Of a stretch of 64,000 nucleotides of DNA, positions 61,652 through 64,000 are shown piece after piece. The DNA is from Podarcis filfolensis (taxonomy: Eukaryota). Where the stretch lies: the NCBI GenBank assembly GCA_964270895.1, contig OZ185443.1; one strand, given 5' to 3'. How positions within the stretch are numbered: position 1 is the stretch's first letter; every line of letters begins with the position of its first letter. The position numbers were made by a program, and so were the translations under genes. The notes beneath the pieces are model-generated. The model did no database searches. It saw nothing but the letters and a program-made list of their open reading frames with translations, and was not told where the DNA came from.

Positions 61652-62323
61652 ATTTTTTATTTTTATATATATTTCGACTGCGTCAGACCAACACGGCTAC
61701 CTACCTGAATCTAGAATCCTGGACTAGATAGTCAGAATTGGTAATATGCAGTTTCCTGTGTTCCTATGTAGGTAGTTGGGTTTTGTTTTGTTGTTTTTAA
61801 CCACAGCCTTTAACTGCTGCAATGTTCAGAACTTGCACTTGCAGATAAGATGCTGACTAATGTCACAACTGCCATTCCTTGACTTAAGACCATGTGTCGT
61901 ATATCATATCCTTGCAGCTGCATCGCCGCAGATGGATCATCATTTAGGTCCTTTGTGCTGATGCCACATCAGGACTGCAGAGCTGTCAATAATGCAAAGT
62001 GATGCTGTATCAGCCAGCTCAAGAATGATGAGCTAGAATTCTTTCCCACTTGCATATCCCACAACAGAGGATAAGACTGGCCTGTGAGAAGATTCTCTAA
62101 ATAACAGATGGTTGCATCAAGTGGAAGCTGTTACGACCCTGAATTCAGTTCAGTTTAAATTCCATTGAAGTTACTGGGGTTAAGGGCTGCGATCCAATGC
62201 ACTCTTATCTGGGAGTAAGTCCCGCTCAGAAGTCAATAAGACTTCTGGATAAACACAAATAAGATTGTACTACTGAGAAATTATAATTATGCACAGTATT
62301 GCAGTCATAATAATTAAATATAA

Positions 62324-62700
62324 GGTAAAGGTAAATCCCCCCTGGACAGTTAAGTCCAGTCAAAGCTGACTATGGGGTACAGCTCTCATCTCGCTTTTCA
62401 GGCTGAGGGAGCTGACATTTGTCCACAGACAGATTTCAGGGTCATGTGGCCAGCATGACTGAACCGCTTCTGGCGCAATGGGACACCATGATGAGTGCCA
62501 GAGCGCACAGAAACGCCATTTACCTTCCTGCCACAGTGGTACCTATCTAGCTACTCACGCTGGTATGCTTTTGAACTGCTAGGCTGGGAGAAGCTGGGAC
62601 AGAGCAATGGGAGCTCATCCCATTGCATGGATTCGAACTGTCAACCTTCTGATCAGAAGCCCAAGAGGCTCAGTGGTTTACACCACAGCGCCACCTGCAT
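62324..62700 (-). mobile_element. Sauria SINE, full length
   Basis: 13-bp TSD TAATTAAATATAA at 62311-23 and 62702-14. Confidence 0.92.
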
Positions 62701-62781
62701 TTAATTAAATATAACCTGCATTCCAATACAGCATTGTTTAGCTGATTAATTAATTGGTTAAAAAGCAACAAACATTTAGTA

Positions 62782-63023
62782 CAGTGGTACCTCAGATTAA
62801 GTACTTAATTCGTTCTGGAGGTCCGTTCTTAACCTGAAACTGTTCTTAACCTGAAGCACCACTTTAGCTAATGGGGCCTCCTGCTGCTGCCGTGCCGCCG
62901 GAGCACAATTTCTGTTCTCAACTTGAAGCAAAGTTCTTAACCTGAAGCACTATCTCTGGGTTAGCGGAGTCTGTAACCTGAAGCGTATGTAACCTGAAGC
63001 GTATGTAACCTGAGGTACCACTG
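62782..63023. mobile_element. Tigger-like MITE, family 1
   Basis: CAGTGGTACCTC TIRs, TA TSD. Confidence 0.9.
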
Positions 63024-64000
63024 TATATCAGTACTATTATGCACTCACCTCTGTGTGTGCACGCACACACACACATTTAGTATAACTATTTGTATGAAAT
63101 GTGTGCAGTCTAACAAACTTTCCCCTGTTGAACACAGATATTTAATGCATAACAAAAAAAGAAAAGTCCTGCAAATACAAAGAGAGGTTAATTTGCCTTT
63201 CTTTTTGTAAAAAGGAAACATACAGTTTTGAGCATCATAGGCAATTTACAGGAAGTATATCTGATGGTGAAACTTTATATTTGGTGTTGGCTGCTGCCCC
63301 CAAGTGGTGAGAGAACATACCTAATTATTATTAATAGCATTTTAAACAGTTGCCTTCAGTGGAATGCAGCTGGCTTTATGACCGAGAGAATATGGATTGC
63401 ACCCAGCAAGGCAATCTGTATTATAAACAGATTCTTGTTTATGCATATGAGCTTCTCCTCCTGGGGGAAAAGACAGAAGTAATAAATAATTTAAAATCCT
63501 CTAGGAAAGCTTTTATTGCTGATTTTTATATACTAACTCAAACATATTTTTGTAGGAAAGATGACACACAAATATTTTGCATAAAAATAAACATTTCAGT
63601 GGAAGAGGAACTATCAAATAGTCTATCTAGGATGATAACCCATGAAAAGTACAACCAGCACCCTTAGATAGATAAAACTTTATTCGGCTATAAGCCCACA
63701 AGGTAAAACCAATCAATAAATAAAATAGCATTTTACATTCTAAAATATCAACTAAAATATTTCAACGCATAATCTCCTTCACGTTACATACAATCTCTAG
63801 ATGTACCATATTGTGGCCTTGAAGATAAAGATGGTGGATAGAGTTTACTAGATTTTTAATAGTCATGCAGCATTCCATGAAGTCTTTTATATGAAAGAAC
63901 TGAATTCAGGAATCTGGCAACCTGTAATGTTCTATAAGAGTCAATGTCCTGGAGTAGATAGGCTAGATGTAATTCAGGTGGTTTAGCAACAGTTTCCAAA

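Overview
Vertebrate (squamate, probably lacertid lizard) genomic DNA, not a prokaryotic window. Three conserved genes are supported by hand-assembled exon structures with GT-AG sites: the last two coding exons of CFAP97 (+, 158-1282), complete four-exon SLC25A4/ANT1 (-, 9641-13528, 298 aa) and complete four-exon HELT (-, 45605-49389, 239 aa), matching the vertebrate CFAP97-SLC25A4-HELT neighbourhood. The rest is intronic/intergenic and rich in repeats (Sauria SINEs, Bov-B/RTE 3' ends, L1, L2, CR1-tail SINEs, Tigger-like, hAT and Harbinger-like MITEs, Penelope-like arms), with one 221-N assembly gap. The most interesting unexplained signal is a same-strand series of disrupted EF-hand-like exon relics between SLC25A4 and HELT, suggesting a decayed multi-EF-hand (EFCAB6-like) gene that the ORF track misses. 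Other highlights are a Bov-B insertion with a 98-bp target-site duplication, a Sauria SINE with twin-priming-like inverted architecture inside one TSD, hammerhead-ribozyme remnants, and a TATA box that is also a MEF2 site at ANT1. All family names come from recognition by eye and were not searched.
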